Notes under the pieces: generated by a model
What the model saw: only the letters and a program-made list of their open reading frames with translations
What the model was told of the DNA's origin: nothing
Databases searched by the model: none
Part shown: piece by piece, positions 15,401 through 29,300 of the stretch
Position numbering within the stretch: position 1 is the stretch's first letter
Layout: each line of letters begins with the position of its first letter
Translations under genes and position numbers: made by a program
Assembly: GCA_001724265.1 (NCBI GenBank)
Contig: MEDY01000038.1
Span: 62,001-117,441, forward strand
Source: Rhizaria sp. SCN 62-66
Lineage: Eukaryota
Direction: 5' to 3'
DNA length: 55,441 bases

Positions 15401-18400
15401 CAGATCGGGCACAATCATGGTCACGGGGCGGAAGAGCGCCTTGAGGTTGTCCGGCAGCTCGGTACGGCCCGCGTAGCCGGGGTTCATCGTCACGAAGAAG
15501 CCCACGGTGGCCTTGAGCGGAATGTCGTTGCCGAGGAACTCGAAGCGCGTCTTGCCGAGGTTCAGCGCCGTCTGGATCGTGGTGAGCTGCGAAGAGACGA
15601 CCGAAAGCACTTCGACGTCAATACGGTTGAACTCGTCGAAGCAGCCCCACGCGCCCGTCTGCACGAGGCCGGAGAAGATGGAGCCCATGGCCTTGTAGTC
15701 GAGCCCTTCACCGCAGTTAGTGACGACCGAGAGCAGGCCCATGGCCTTAGCCAGGTCCTTGACTGTCTCGGTCTTGCCCGTGCCGGCGGGGCCGGCCGGC
15801 GAGCCGCCCATGTGGAATGTCAGCGCCTGCGTCAGAGTCATGTAGCAGCGGTCCGTGAGCGGCGTGATGACGAGACGGCCGTTGAGGCCCTGGTACTCGT
15901 AGCCGAACTTGAACTGGCCCGTGCACTGGCGGATCACCATGTCGTCCTGGTCGCGGTTCCAGTAGAAGCGCAGCTGCGACTCCCAGTCGAACTCGCGCGC
16001 GTCGAGGATCGAGTCGCGCACGAACCGGTCGATGATGTCGCGCGCGTGCACGTCGATGATCACCAGCGTGTTGAGCTTTGAGCGCGTCGCCGACGCCAGC
16101 ACGGGGTCGCGAATTGCCGTCACGAGGTCGGAGAGCTGGGCCATGAGCTTCGAGGCGAGCTTCTTCATGGCGAGCTTCTGGCCCTTCTTGACGCGCCAGA
16201 AGGCGTCCTCGACCTCCCACGTCCACCAGATCTGCGAGCCGGCGACGGCGACCATGCCGAGGTTCTCAAGCACCCAGTCCAGGCGCGGCATCTTGGCGTA
16301 GTAGTACACGGCCTCCTTAGTGATCTGGCGCAGCGTCTTGATCATCTCCTGCTCCACCGCGCCCATCCACACCTCGACGGCGCCCTCGGTCGGCACGTGC
16401 GCGCGGAAGGAGAACTTCTCCACGTTGGGCGAACTCATGCCGGTGGCCACCGTGTCGCCGCGCGTGAAGGACAACGCCTTGGTGTTGGCGAACAGCTTCA
16501 GCATGTGCGACTGAACGCAGGTCGGGTTCGAAGAACCGAGGATCGAGAGCAGCTCGTCGTCAGAGATGAAGAAGAAGCGCGGGAACGCGATGCGCTTGCG
16601 CTCAAGGTAGTCGGAGAGCTTCTTCTGGCACTGCTCGAGGTCGGACCACAGCGCACGCAGCGTGTCAATGCGGTGGTCGGCCTGGCACGAGAGCTTGACG
16701 TTGCCGTCGAGCTTCTTGGTCGCTAGCATCACGCGGTGCCACGACACGTCGACGGCCTCAAACTTACGCCACGCCTCGGGGATCTGGTTGCGGATGTCCT
16801 CAGAGCCCTTAAAGATGCCCTCGAGGTACATCCACTTGCGCTGCACCTGCATCCACACAGAGATGCACTCGGAGATGCCGTTGAGCTCGCGCTCCAGCTC
16901 GGCCGACCGAGAGCGGAAGGGTGCCGCGAAGGGCGAGTTGCCGATCTGCTGCAGTGTCACCACGTGGTCCTCGAGCTGTTGTACAAGCTCCGACGTGTCC
17001 ATGAGCAGCATGCCGCGCTGCTCGTCGCCCTCGTAGGGCGTGAGCTCGAACTTCTTGTCGTTCCACTGCTTCTGAATGCTGTCAATCTCCTTCTCGATCT
17101 TGGCTTCCTGCGCTGCGTTGCTGGTGATCTGTGCGATCGTGTCCTTGAAGCGGTTCAGCTGCATCGCCAGCAGGTCCGTCAGCGTCAGCTCCGTGAGGCT
17201 GGTGTTCAGGCTGACGCCCGTGGCCGACATGAGCTCGGCCCAGTGGCGCGGCTCCAGCGTCACACCCTTGAGCGAGCCGATCACCGGCAGAGACTCGGAG
17301 AACTCCTCGACGTGGCGCTGGATCTTGGCGAAGAGCGGCATCTGCGCGTACTCGGTCGCTTGCTCGCCGCCGGCCGGGTTCGCGGCCGCAGCGGGCGCCG
17401 CGGCAACCGGGGCGGCCGGCTTGCTCCCGTCCTCAGCAGCGGTGGCGCCTGATGCGGCGACGGCGGCGGCGAGCGCGGCCTGCGCGAGGGCGGCCTTGCG
17501 CTTGGACACGAGCGCGGAAAGCGAGTTGAGCACGGACTTGACCGTCTTCATCATGGCGTTGATGTCGAGGTCCTTCCAGCCCATCTTGCTCCACACGGCC
17601 ACGTTGCTCTTGTGCGTCTGGTAGATCGCGTAGAGCACGTCCAGCGCGCCGAGCTGCTTCTTCATGTCGTAGAAGTCGCGGTACGACGTCGGCGGCAGGT
17701 CGACGAGCTTCTCCGACAGCGCGATGGCGTCCATGCGCTTCTCGAGCGCGTCGATGTGCTTGCGCGTCTCGGGCATCATGGCCAGCCCGGCGTCGACGTC
17801 AACAGCCGCGGCGCCGGGGCCCTCGGCCTCGAAGGCGGCGCGGAGACGCGCCAGCTCGTCCTTGAAGGCCTCGACCTGGACCGAGGTGGAGAGCTTGAAC
17901 TCGGCCTTGACGTCTTGCAGCTGCATCGACTTGAGCTCGGCCGAGGCGACCCAGTCGCGCCACTGCAAGTGCAGCGTGTGGGCGGCTTCGCGGTCGCTCT
18001 CCTGGCACGGGATGTTGTAGCGCGCCAGAGTGTCAAACTTCTCCGTGATCTGGTCGAAGGTCAGCTCCATGCGCAGGGACATGGCGTGGATCGACGCGAT
18101 AACGTTGAGCACCGTCTTGAGCTCGTCCAGACCCTATTGAAAGCGCAAAACAAAACAAAAAAGCAGAAATGGAAAGATAATTGAGACAATGCCATGTGAA
18201 TAAAGATGGAAATAACACAGTTGAAAAGAAACGATAGAATATTGCAATAGAGTTCGTGACCAACACGTACCTGAGGCTGGACCTGAAGCTTGCGCGCGAG
18301 CTCGACAAGCTCCACGCGCGTGCGGTTGAGCTGCTGCTCGGCGATGATGCGCTGGATCTGCCCGTAGGCGCTGACCCAGACCTGCGCGCGCACGGCGATG

Positions 18401-21400
18401 GCCTCGATGAGCGGGCGGCAGTCGATGCGGAGGAACGCGATGTCGCACTCGGCGGGCAGCTCGCGCACGCTGGCGGCCAGCGTCGAGTACCGCTCCAGCT
18501 TGTGGTCAAAGTAGGCCGGCGGGCGCGACTTGGAGCCGCTGGCTCCGGCGCCGGCACCGCTGGAGCTGGCGTTGGCGTTGTCGGGAGTGGGCATGAGGCG
18601 CGAGAGCGAGTCGAGCTTCTTCTGGTTGAAGAGCTGGTACGTCGTGTTGTAGATCTGCCACTCGTCAAGGAAGTTGCGCGCCGAGCTCATGGCCGACTGG
18701 ACAAGGTAGTAACCCGTGCCGGCGATGTCCTTGACGACCTGATTGCGGTCCGTGTCGCTCGAGAACGTGTAGATCACGGGCTTGTCGTCCGACAGAGACA
18801 CCGAGTGGGACTCGCGGCACGTGTTGCGCATCCAGCGCACGAAGCCCTTGGCCGTCTGCGTGATGTTGCTCTGCAGCTTCGACAGTGTGTCGATGACGTG
18901 CATAACGCCGGGCACCACGGTCACGGAGCAGTCGTTGACGTCTCCGCGCAGGGACGCCGTGACCTTGATGAGTGGCACAAGCGCGCGGTTGAGGTAGGCG
19001 GGCGTGGCCTCTGCGCGCGTGGGCACGACGCCCACGAGCCCAGCGTCGACGCGCTCGCCCTCGCCCACCACGCGCGAGCCGCGGGGCGCCTCGGCCAGCG
19101 GCAGCGGCGCCGGGGAAGACGGCTCGCGGGTCAAGATACGCTGGAAGTCGAGCAGGCCGTTGGCGACCATCGAGGTGATAGCGTGGAAGAGCCGCTGCTC
19201 CCAGTGGCGGTAGTAGCCCGCCATCTGCGGGTGCCACCCGGAGTCGGACTCGCACACGTGCTGCTCGATAATCAGCAGCAGCCGCGCAATAGCGGCGTAG
19301 CGGTCAACCGCGTCCTCGGCCACGGCGGCGCGGTGGCGCTCGACCGTGTCGTAGAAGTCCTCCACGGTCACGGCCTCGGCCAGCGACTCGAAGGCGGCGA
19401 CGCGCATGAGCCGGGCCTCGCGGATGTGGGCCACGTTGCGGTCGATCAGCAGCGCGTTCTTCTTGACGTGGCTGACAATGCCGTCAAGCTTGGCGACCTC
19501 CTTAAGGCACTTGTCAACGAGCGCGTCGACGCCCAGAGAGGCCCACGTGTAAGTCACGAAGCCGGGGCGCATCGACTCCTTAAGCGTGTACACGCGCTGC
19601 GACAGCAACTCCAGCTCCACGGGGCTCAGCCGGGCCAGCACGGCGCGGTACGCCTGCAGCAGCCCCGACAGGCGCTCGGTGAGGTGATGGTACTTATCCT
19701 CCTGGAGCGCGACGTTAATGGCGATCTCGGGGATGTCGGCGCTGAGTCCCAGCTTGTCGAGGTGCTTCGTCTCGGCGATGATGTCGCACAGCGCGGGCGC
19801 GAAGTTCACCTTGATCGGTGTGTCGGGCGCGCCGAGGGGCTCGTCCTGCGGCAGCACGGCGCCCGCGGCGGCGGCGCCGGGGAGCCCACGCATGCGCATG
19901 GCCGTCGCCGTCGCCGCGGTGGTCGTAGCGGTGCCCGCGGAGGCGGCGCCGGGGCCGTTCACCAGCGACGGGCCGCCCGGGAGCAGCGAGCCGAGCCGGG
20001 CCTTGGACTGCTGGCCCGCGGCGAGCGAGGCGCCACCGACGAAGGTCGCGTTGGCGCCGCCCGTGCGCGTGGCGTTGGCCGTAAGCAGGTAGCCCGAGGC
20101 GCCGGCGGGCGTGTGCGTGCCGGTGCCGGCGCCCGAGCCCGAGCCGGAGCTGGGCCCGCCGTGCGCGGAGGGTCGCCCGATGGTCCACGCGGGCCCGGGG
20201 ACGCGGAACGACGACGAGGACGACGACGAGGACATAGCAGAGCTACTGCCCGCACCGCCGGCAGCGCCCGAGGGCAGAGCGGGGCCCATCGCGCCGTTGG
20301 CGTTGGCGCCGGAGAGGTCGTGAACGAGGACCTTCTCGCGGAGCATGGCGGGCGCGTCGCGCTCGACCGACTGCGCCCACTCGAGGAACACGCGCTTCTC
20401 GTAGGACGTCAGAAGGCGCGCGACCTCGACGTATGCCTGCTTGATCACGAGGCCCTCCTCGTCCTCGAGCAGCCCGTCCATAGTCTTGAAGCGCAGAATC
20501 GGCTTCTTGATGCGGTGGAAGAGTGAGCGCGCCCAGGCGATGGCGCCCGCGACGCGCGGCTGCGACTTGGAGATGGGCGGGCAGTCCTTGTACCGCTCAA
20601 ATTGGCGGTGCACGAGCTTGAGCTCCTCGCCGAACTGCTCCAGGATGTTGCGGTACTTGTCCTTGAGCTGGTCGCGGATCGACCGGCGCAGCACCAGGTG
20701 CGAGAAGTTCTGCAGCAGGTTGAACGCGCCCTCGGCGGAGCGGAGCTTCTTGAACGACTGATGGATGAAGAGCTTGGTGCGCTCCTCGATGAGCAGGACT
20801 TCTTCCTTGAACTCCTTGCGCTGCTGGTCCCACGAGGAGCCGTAGCGCGGGTCGAAGACATGGAACGGGAAGTGCTCCAGCGGGATCACGAGCCGCTGCA
20901 CGCGCTGCACCACGTCGTCGATTGAGTGCGGGTCGCCCGTGATGGCCTTGAGCTGCGGCGAGAGCAGCTTGTTGAACTGGTCGAGCGTCTCGGCCACCTC
21001 GAGCAGGTGCCCGCAGACCGAAGACATGTAGTCGGTCAGGTCGAACAGCTTCGAGCGGTTGAACTCCCACCGTGCGGATCCCGACTCCTCAATGCGCTGG
21101 CGCGTTTTGCTGTACTCGGTGTGCCACGTGTTGAGCACCTCGCGCGCGCTGCGGATCAGCGCCATGGCCTGCTGCGGCGGCATGCGGAACACGGTGCGCA
21201 CCGAGACTTCCTTGGCGACGCGGTCAGCGATCTCGCGCGCAATGAGCGTCAGCAGCGGGAACATGCGCGAGTCCTTGTTGTAGTGGCGCGAAACGACCCA
21301 GACCATGCGCAGCGAGTTGAGCATCGTCACGATCGTGTCCTGCAGGGTCGACAGTGAGCCCGTCGCGAGGCTCTTGAAGTGCCGCTCCAGAGTCGACAAG

Positions 21401-22642
21401 AACTTGACGTTGTCCTTGGCTTCTGTGTAGAGCTTGAGCAACTCCGCCAAGTGCTTGTTAAAGTGGACCACTGCGGTCAGCCCAGCAGCGCGCAGCACCT
21501 CGACGGCGGTCTTAACGCGCGGCACGTTGAGCTGCTCGTACACGGCCGCCAGCGCGGCGTCGCGATCGCGCCAGTACAGCACCTCGGACATCGGGCGGTC
21601 GCCCACGCGGCGCTTGCGGTGCTCGTGGTCGATCACGTTGGCCATGCTGGTGGTCCACTCGTCGAGGTACGACTCGACGCGCGACACCACGTCGGGGTCC
21701 TTCGACGCGCGCTCGATGCCCTGCGGCGAGGGGTCGAGGTGGAAGTCGGGGATAGAGACGTGCATGGAGCCGGTGACCTGCTGGATCACGTGCGAAAGGT
21801 GGCTCGCGAACTTGTTCAGGTTCACCGCAAACTCCTCACTGTGTGGAACATCAATAAGACGTGGAATTAGAATATAGATGTGAGATTATGAAAATATCAG
21901 TGTAAAAATGATATAACACTGCGAATAATATCTAGAAATAACAACATCAGTTCATAACAGTTCAATATCAACAATACATATTTTGTTTAGTGAAGAGAAG
22001 AGAAACGTACCGGAGGTGGTCGGTGGCGTCGCTGGCACGCTCGCCGTCGCCGGAGCCGGCAGCGCCACCGGCAGCACCGGCGCCAGCACTGCCGGCCGCG
22101 GCACCGCGGCGACGGCCAGAGGCGCGCGTCGCAGTCGCCGTCGCGGTCGTAGCAGCAGCCGTCTCGGCGTCCCCGTCGGCGACCGAGGCGGAGGCGTCGT
22201 CGGCCTTGCTCTCAGTGCTGCTGCTGTCGGTCGTCGCGGGAGCGGCCTTCTTGGGGGGCGCGGGCACGCCGAGGGGCTTCTTCTTGGCGCTGGCGGGTGC
22301 GGCGCCGCTGGTGTTAGGGTCTGAAGGCTCTCCGAAGGCGGTGGAGTCGGCGCCGCCAGTGCTCGAGGTGGCGTCAGCGTTGTTGTTACCGCTGTTCTCG
22401 ATCGTGGGGAGGTAAATCTCACGGATAACGCGCTCGAGCTTAATGAGCGAGTAGCCGGGGCCCGTCGACGCCGATTCGGCCGCGCCCGCAGCCGCAGTCG
22501 CAGCGGAGGCGGACGCGGACACGGAGGCGGAAGACGGCGAAGCGGCGGTGGAATGGGGCACAGAGGACGTGGGGGAATCGGGGTGGGAGAGGCCACCGCC
22601 GAGCCCGCCGTGGCCGCTGGGGCTGTGAATGGAAGGGTCCAT
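6485..22642 (-). CDS. DNAH10: Axonemal dynein heavy chain, most like inner-arm I1/f alpha (DNAH10/DHC1); exons 22642-22011, 21838-18271, 18133-6485; ~5,282 aa
   Basis: Four P-loops (GPAGTGKT, GPTGGGKS, GNSGTAKT, GVGGSGKQS), CFDEFNRI, MNPGYAGRTELPDNLK, stalk coiled coils, long N-terminal tail and C-terminus HWILQGTALVLN. Two GTACGT introns (22010-21839, 18270-18134) join three ORFs in frame. Subtype comes from recalled motifs; the start codon is less certain. Stop is TAA. Confidence 0.9.
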
Positions 22643-23346
22643 CGCTGTGTAAGCGCTAGTGACGAACGGAAAAGAGACCGGTCAGTCAAAAGAGGGACGA
22701 CAGACGACGGGAAAGGTCGGTCGGTCAGTCAGGCTCTGGAGCTCAAAAGTGTGGCGCGGGAAAGGGCCACAAACAGAGGAGCGTAAAGAAGCCTAAGAAA
22801 TACAAGCAAATGGGGAAATAGAAAAGTTCGCTTTGGCGTGAGTGCGGCGACGAACATTTAAACGGCAAAGGTCTGAGAACGAGGCATGTCGAAAGAAGCA
22901 GATCAAGAGCAGCGCGGTGTAGGACCAAGATGGGACTGCCAAAAAGCGTGGATAGGGACACGGAGATCCGTCAAATAGACATAGAGAGCAAATTAAATTA
23001 TCTCGCGTCAGCCATTCAAACAATATTTCAACTAGGATTCAAAAGGCTTCTGTTATGATACAGAACGTGCTATAAATCCTCTCCGTCGGTTACCCTGTTC
23101 AAACCCGCCAGCCGATCGAATCGAATCGAACGAACTCAAGGACAAGAACTTGATTTTTTACGAACCCGACCGAGGCTTCAAAAAATGTACAAAATCAAGT
23201 ATAACTTTGTATATGAGACGTCTATCGTGCTGGAGACGCGGTAGAATAAATATTGAGTATAAATACAACCAGATATCGTGTTAAAATTACTACGTAACCA
23301 AATTAAACTCTTCAAAACTGTGATTGATCCTTAAGAGCACTCCCAC

Positions 23347-26300
23347 TCACTTGGCGCTACCACTGCCCTCGCCCGACAGCGGCAGGAAGCGCACGACGGC
23401 GTCGACGGGCCGCTTGGTAGGGATGGCACCCGCGTTGGGCTCCATAAGCTGCTCGGGCAGCGCGTCCCAGCGCACCGAGTCGACCTCCCGCAGCGGGGCG
23501 ATGAGATCGCCCACGGTCGCCAAGGTCTCGGCCCACAGGGCGCGGGACAGACAGAGCTTCTTGACCGGGGCCAGGACCGCGCAGTAGAACTCGGACTGAG
23601 ACTGCTGAGACTGCTGCTGATGCGACTGCAAGGGTGACGGCGACGATGAATGTGACTGTGCGAGTGTGATGATGCGGGTCCTCAGGCGGCCCAGCGCCTC
23701 TGCGCGGCGTAACATCTCGCCGCTCGACATCGAGAATAGCGGCAGCGGGCCCTCAGTGGCGTCTAAAGCGGCGCTGTTTGCACTGGCGCCAACGTCAACA
23801 ATCGGGGCGACGCCATCAAACGCTGCCTTGACAGCATTATTTGCACCGCTGCTACGGGAAGCAATAGTGACAACAGCCGGCTGGAGCAAGAACGTGATGT
23901 GCTTGTCAGTAACCTCTGCGGTTGCAGCCAGCAAGGCGTTGCGTTCTTGCTTGGCAGCAGAAGCCTTGTCAAAAACAGCAGCCTTGCTATTATCGTTCGC
24001 AGAGTGAGCATTCTTGCTGTGAGTGCCTTTCGTGTTGTTGCCCTCAGTTGCAGCCTCAGTGCTCGCGGTAGTCTTACTTTCATTGATACTCTTGCTTGCA
24101 CCGTTGCTGCCGTTGCCACTGCCGCTGCTGCTCCCATTGATGGCGAGCTGCTTCGTGCGTTGCGCCTGCTGCACCCGGTACTGCTGCGTCGCGGCGAGCA
24201 CTTTGTACAGAATGCGCGCGTTGGTGATCACACGCGTGACCGTGAGCATGCCTGCCAGCGGCAGCGTGTCGCCGCCGCTCTTACCGCTACTGCTCACGCT
24301 CAAACCGCAGTGCGCGTCCTTGACGGCCGCAACCGCGCGCAGCAACTGCCAGCCCCAGTAGGGCGCGGACAGCGCGGCCACCTGCTCCGCCGCGAGCAGC
24401 ATGTCTCCGGCCGAGCGCGCGCTGAGCAACCGGCCCAGCGACGCCTCCGGCACGGCGCCGCCGCCCTGCGAGCGCGGCTGCAAGCGCCTCGCTTCGCCAT
24501 GCGCGACGAGCGCGGCGGCGTTGTTGTCGGCGATTACCGTGAGCGCGCGCTGGGCCATGACGGCGTCCACCGCGGTCGCGGGCGGCGCGGTCTGCGAGGC
24601 GAGGAAGACCGCCTCGAGCAGGTCGGCGCTGAAGCTGTGCGGCACAGCAGCGAAGTCGTCGGCGTTCTCGGCAGTGTACTTGCTATCGCCTTCACTCTTG
24701 ACAGCCTCTGACTCAACGTCAGACAAAACGTCACCCAAGATCTTGCTCTCCCTCTTATTATTGATATTGCTAGCGACAGCATTGTTGTCCGATAACCACT
24801 CGCGCAAAAACTCCGTGACAACAGCCGCACTGGCGTCATCTTGACTCGTATTACTCTTATTATGAGTCTGAGCCAACGCAAAAGCCGCATCGCCGCAAGT
24901 CACACAGTTCGCAAGTGTGGTTTTGCTGCCGGATGGAACGTTGACACCGCTAAGCGTGTGAAAGAACTCGTACACGTCCTGCTTGCGTCCCCACTTCCCA
25001 AGCCCCTGCAGCACAACCTTGACGTTCGCCTCGGTGACCGGGAGCCCGACGTCGCGCACAGTGGCCACGGCCTCGGCGCCGGCCCGGAGCGAGAGCGCGA
25101 ACCCGTAGGACAGCAGCAGACCGGACAGCGAGGGGTCGGCGATCGCGCCGGACTGGGACGACGCCATCAGGAGCGACCGCACGGCGGACAGCGCGCGGCC
25201 ACCGCCAGCAGCAGCAGAGGCAAAGGCAGTTGCAGCTGCTGTTGGCGTTGTGGTGGTGAGGATAGCGCGGACGAGGGAGCGCAGCAGGCGCAGTGTCAGC
25301 AGCATGTCGAGCGATGTTGACAGCGAATACAGGTGTGACACTAGCACAGAGCGCGGGTGGAAAGCGGGCAGGTGGTGCACTGCGGCGCGGGGGAGACTGG
25401 GAACGCTGGGCTGAGAGCTCGCAGGGGCGGCAGTGGAGTCCTTTAAGGAGCCGCGACTAAACTTGGCGTTGCGCTCAGGGCGGCCCTTAGGAGAAATTGA
25501 ACTCGTGCTTGCATTGCTGTTCAGTTGAGCCGTGTTGTTGTTTTGCTCAACAACTGTGAAGACATCAAGCAAATGCGCGAGTGTCGAGGGGCCGAAGAAG
25601 GCAGATGCGTCGCGCATCGAGGTGTTGAGTCTGCTTTGCGTAGAAGGCGAGCCGCCCCCGTGAATCCCGCTCATAGGGACGACGACGGGCACTGCAGAAG
25701 CAGCAGCCAAGCTCGACACGCTTGGAATGCTGTCAATGTTGCTGTTAGGACCAGCGTTATAGTTATTCGTAGTTGAGTCAGAGGAGCTGTTGTAACTATT
25801 TTCCGTCTCGACATCGTTGCTTGAAGTTGCGAAACCAGCGCCAGCCATCATTGCTGACTGTGCAGTTGTCGTGACAGAAATGGGGTCCAAAAAGAACAGC
25901 TTGTCCGCCGGAACATGTGTCGCCGCGTGCTGCTGCGCCAGATACTGTTGATGCTCGCTCGCGCTACTGGTACTTGCGTTGCTATGAGCGACTACACGGA
26001 GGCTGTGCGCGGTAAGCGGGTCAAAGGCTGCGAGGTACCTGGCAAGGCTGCTGGGGTATGCAGCAGCATTCGTCGCAGCATGAGTGTCACGTTCATTAAT
26101 TGCGCTCGCCTTGTTGTCAAACCTGTTGTTGGACTTGATCTTGCTCTTGTTGTTATATGTACAGGTGGAGTCAACCTGTGTCACATCATTCTGAAGCTGC
26201 TGGTCGCGGTCAGCGCTGTTGTTGCCGCCACTGTGAGTCGCCGTGAGCAGCGCCGGGTAGCGCTCCAGCGATGGCACGCGGCCCTGCAGCGCCAAGTGCC

Positions 26301-29300
26301 AGTCCACGCAGGGAAACGCGGACACGGCGGCCCGGATCACGTCGGCGTCGCTGCCGACGATGCTGTCCCAGTCAAACTGCGACTGCAGCGCCTGCAACGC
26401 CGCCGCGGTCTCAGCCTTCGTCGGGGCCGCGGTAACCGCAGCGGCGGCAGCGTCGTGGCTTTGACTGGGGCTGATAACGTGACCGTGACCGTGAGCGTCA
26501 TGGGTGTCTGAGTAGTACCGGTGGTCGTCACTCGAGATGTCGTTGTGCGTGATGATGGGCAAGGGAATGTAAGTAGCTGGAGCACTCACGCGCGCCGCAT
26601 TAGAGCTGTCAGCGTAGTCAAGCATCCCGGCAGCAACGGAGTCGTTCGCAGTGGCCGTGAGCGCCGCCGCCGCCGCCGTCGTCGCCGCTGTGGAGGAGCC
26701 AGGTTTAACTGGGGTGACCGTAAGCACCGAGCTCGGCGCCAGCGCGCGCTCCACGGCGGTCTTGACCGAAGGCAGCGCGCAGAGCAGCGCGACGGCGAGC
26801 TCGCTGCAGAGCAGCCAGTCGCCGGTGCGCGCCGCGAGGAAGAGCAGGTTATCGATCGCGGCGGCGGTGGGGTGAGACAGCACCGCGCGCGCGACCGGGA
26901 ACGAACCCGTGGGGACGCAAGCGCTGCCAGAGCTCGCGGCGCTGCTCGGGTGGAAGTAGCCGGCCGGCCCGTCTAAGGGGCTCGGACCAGCTTGCTGCGC
27001 GCGCAGACAGCCCGCTGCCGCAGCCAGGAGCTGTGCGGGCGTGAGCGACGATGACAGCGCCGCAATTGCCTGGAGCAGAGTCGACTGCAGAGAGGAGACA
27101 GCGGTCGGCGTGGCGTGCGCGATGCGGCACCACACGGAGGGGGTACTTAGACCGGCACTTAGACTCGACGCAGCGGTATTGGCGTCGACTGATGTGGTGT
27201 AGACTGCGCCGTCGCTGCCCACGGCCACGCCAGTGATTAGGATAACCGCAGGATCAGCCTTCGCAGTCGCCGCGAGGTGTGGCTGCTAGTGGGAAAGGGC
27301 AAAGAGATGCGCAGTGATCAAGTCACACGCAGCGCGGCCGTTGCCGGCGATGATGAATGCGCGCGCAAGCTGAACCACCAGCTCGGCACTGACACCAAAG
27401 ACTGAGACTGAAACGCCACCTGCACTGGGACCAGTCGAAACAAGCACCTCACCTGCAGCAACAACGCTCTGGTTAAAGACACGACACACATTCGCGACGT
27501 TATCCAGTGCAAAGTCCCTCGCCAAAGCGCCAACACTCAGAGCAGCCGCGCTCGCGCTCGGGCTCGCGCCGCCGTGTTTATGCGCGTCGGCGTTCATGGC
27601 GGTGACCGCGAGCAGCGCGGTCCTCAGCGTGTCCGCCGCAGAGCGAGGGCGAGCCTGCACCAGCGACGGCGGCAGCCAGGGGGCCTGGCGCAACTCATCC
27701 TGGAGGCGACTGCCCCAAAAGTAGGCCGCCTTGTCCGTGGCCGCGGCGTCGCCGTCGCTGAGGGTGCGGGACGTCGGGTGGAGCGGGTGAGATTGTGAGC
27801 GCAGGAAGGCCAGGGCCTGCTGGGCCCAAAAGGCGACTTGTGGTGAGACGGACGACAGGGGGTAGAAACCGCTCGCATGCGCCACGCCAGTCAGGCCCAC
27901 AGCGGCAGCAGCAGTGGCCGCGGCAGCAGCAGTGGCCGCGGCAGTTGCAGCTCCAAGAGCGGGAGCAGCAGCAGGAGTCGCGTGAGCAAGACTGATTGCG
28001 TTAATATTGTCAATGCTGTTGTTATACACTGACGCGTAGTCGGCATCGAGTTCTGCTGTTGCAGACGCGTCGGCGTCGGCGGGATCGTTGTAGTTGTCGT
28101 AGTCGCTGGCAGTGTACACGTAACTGTGCGAGTACGCGTCGTCACTCGCACCGGCGCCAGTGCGAGCGCCCATCGAGCTGCTCGGATCGGTACTGTCGCC
28201 AACGCTTCCGTTAAAGCTGTTAAACAGGTTCATTTTGATCCTGTGCACGTTCGCGGCAGAGCTCGCAGCGGCAGTCGCAGCGGCGCCGGCAGCGGCGACC
28301 GTAACAACCTCGAGCAGGTCAGTGACGCGCTGGATGCCGCCGACGTTCTCAGTTGCACCCGCACTGACGCTCGGGATGTCACCGCTACTATCGCCAACAT
28401 TCGCGTGGCTCTGACCGCGCATGCTCCGAGGGCCGCCCTTAGAGCTGTCCTTGGTAGCACTATTGCGAGCATCGACATTCGGCAGCAGACGCGTGAGCCG
28501 CCTGAGCGCGCCCTGCACGGTGTGCGGCGCCGGGGTATAGCCGAGCTGCAGCAAACCACGCAGCAGAACTACGGCAGCGGCCGCGAACGTGCCGGCGCTT
28601 GCGCGAGTCAAGTCAGGCTGGATGAGCACCGGGAACGTCGTCGTCGCGAACCGGTTGTCGACACGACTCGTGGCCTTTCGTGAAGCACGGCCGTTGCGCG
28701 CACTAGAAGAGAGGCCACCACCATCATCGCCACCGTCAGCATAATCATATTCACCGTCTTCGTCGCCCTTGTCGTAGTTGTTCCGGTGGCTGTGCGCGAC
28801 GACCGCGTCAGCGACGTCCCGCAACAGCAGAAACTCGGCGCCCGCCTCCGCGCCCACGTCGGTGAACGCGCCGGGCAGCGTCGCCCGGTCGGCGGCCACG
28901 GTCGCGGCAAGCACGAGCGCGTCCAGCAGCGGCCGCAGCTGCTGCGGGCCGAGCAGCAGCCGCACCGGTGGCGCCGCGGCGACGCCCGCGGCAGCCGCGT
29001 CCGCGAAGGCTGAGGCGGCGGCGGCGGCGGTCGCAGTATCGACCCCGCTCGCGGAGACAGGAGAGCCGGTGGAACCTGTGACACCTGTGCCAGACTTAGC
29101 GTGCGAACCGTTGCTGCTAAGGCCGTCGCTGCTGTTGTTGTTGCTGTTCGGAGAGTCAGTCGCAGCAGACTTGTTGTTGAGAGCGCTGAGCATGGCCTGC
29201 GCCTGCGCCTGCGCCGCTAGCGTCATGTAGCGGTAGCGCTCCGGGGACAAGAACGTGCTGCCTGCGACGGGCTTGAAGCGGTACCACTCGCTGGCTACCG

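Noticed and set aside
23347-27228. Treating the downstream halves (this ORF and 44666..49864) as separate genes starting at GTG
   Set aside because: A GTG start is unlikely in a eukaryote. There is no AT-rich spacer between the halves, the frames are continuous and the repeat motifs span the junctions.
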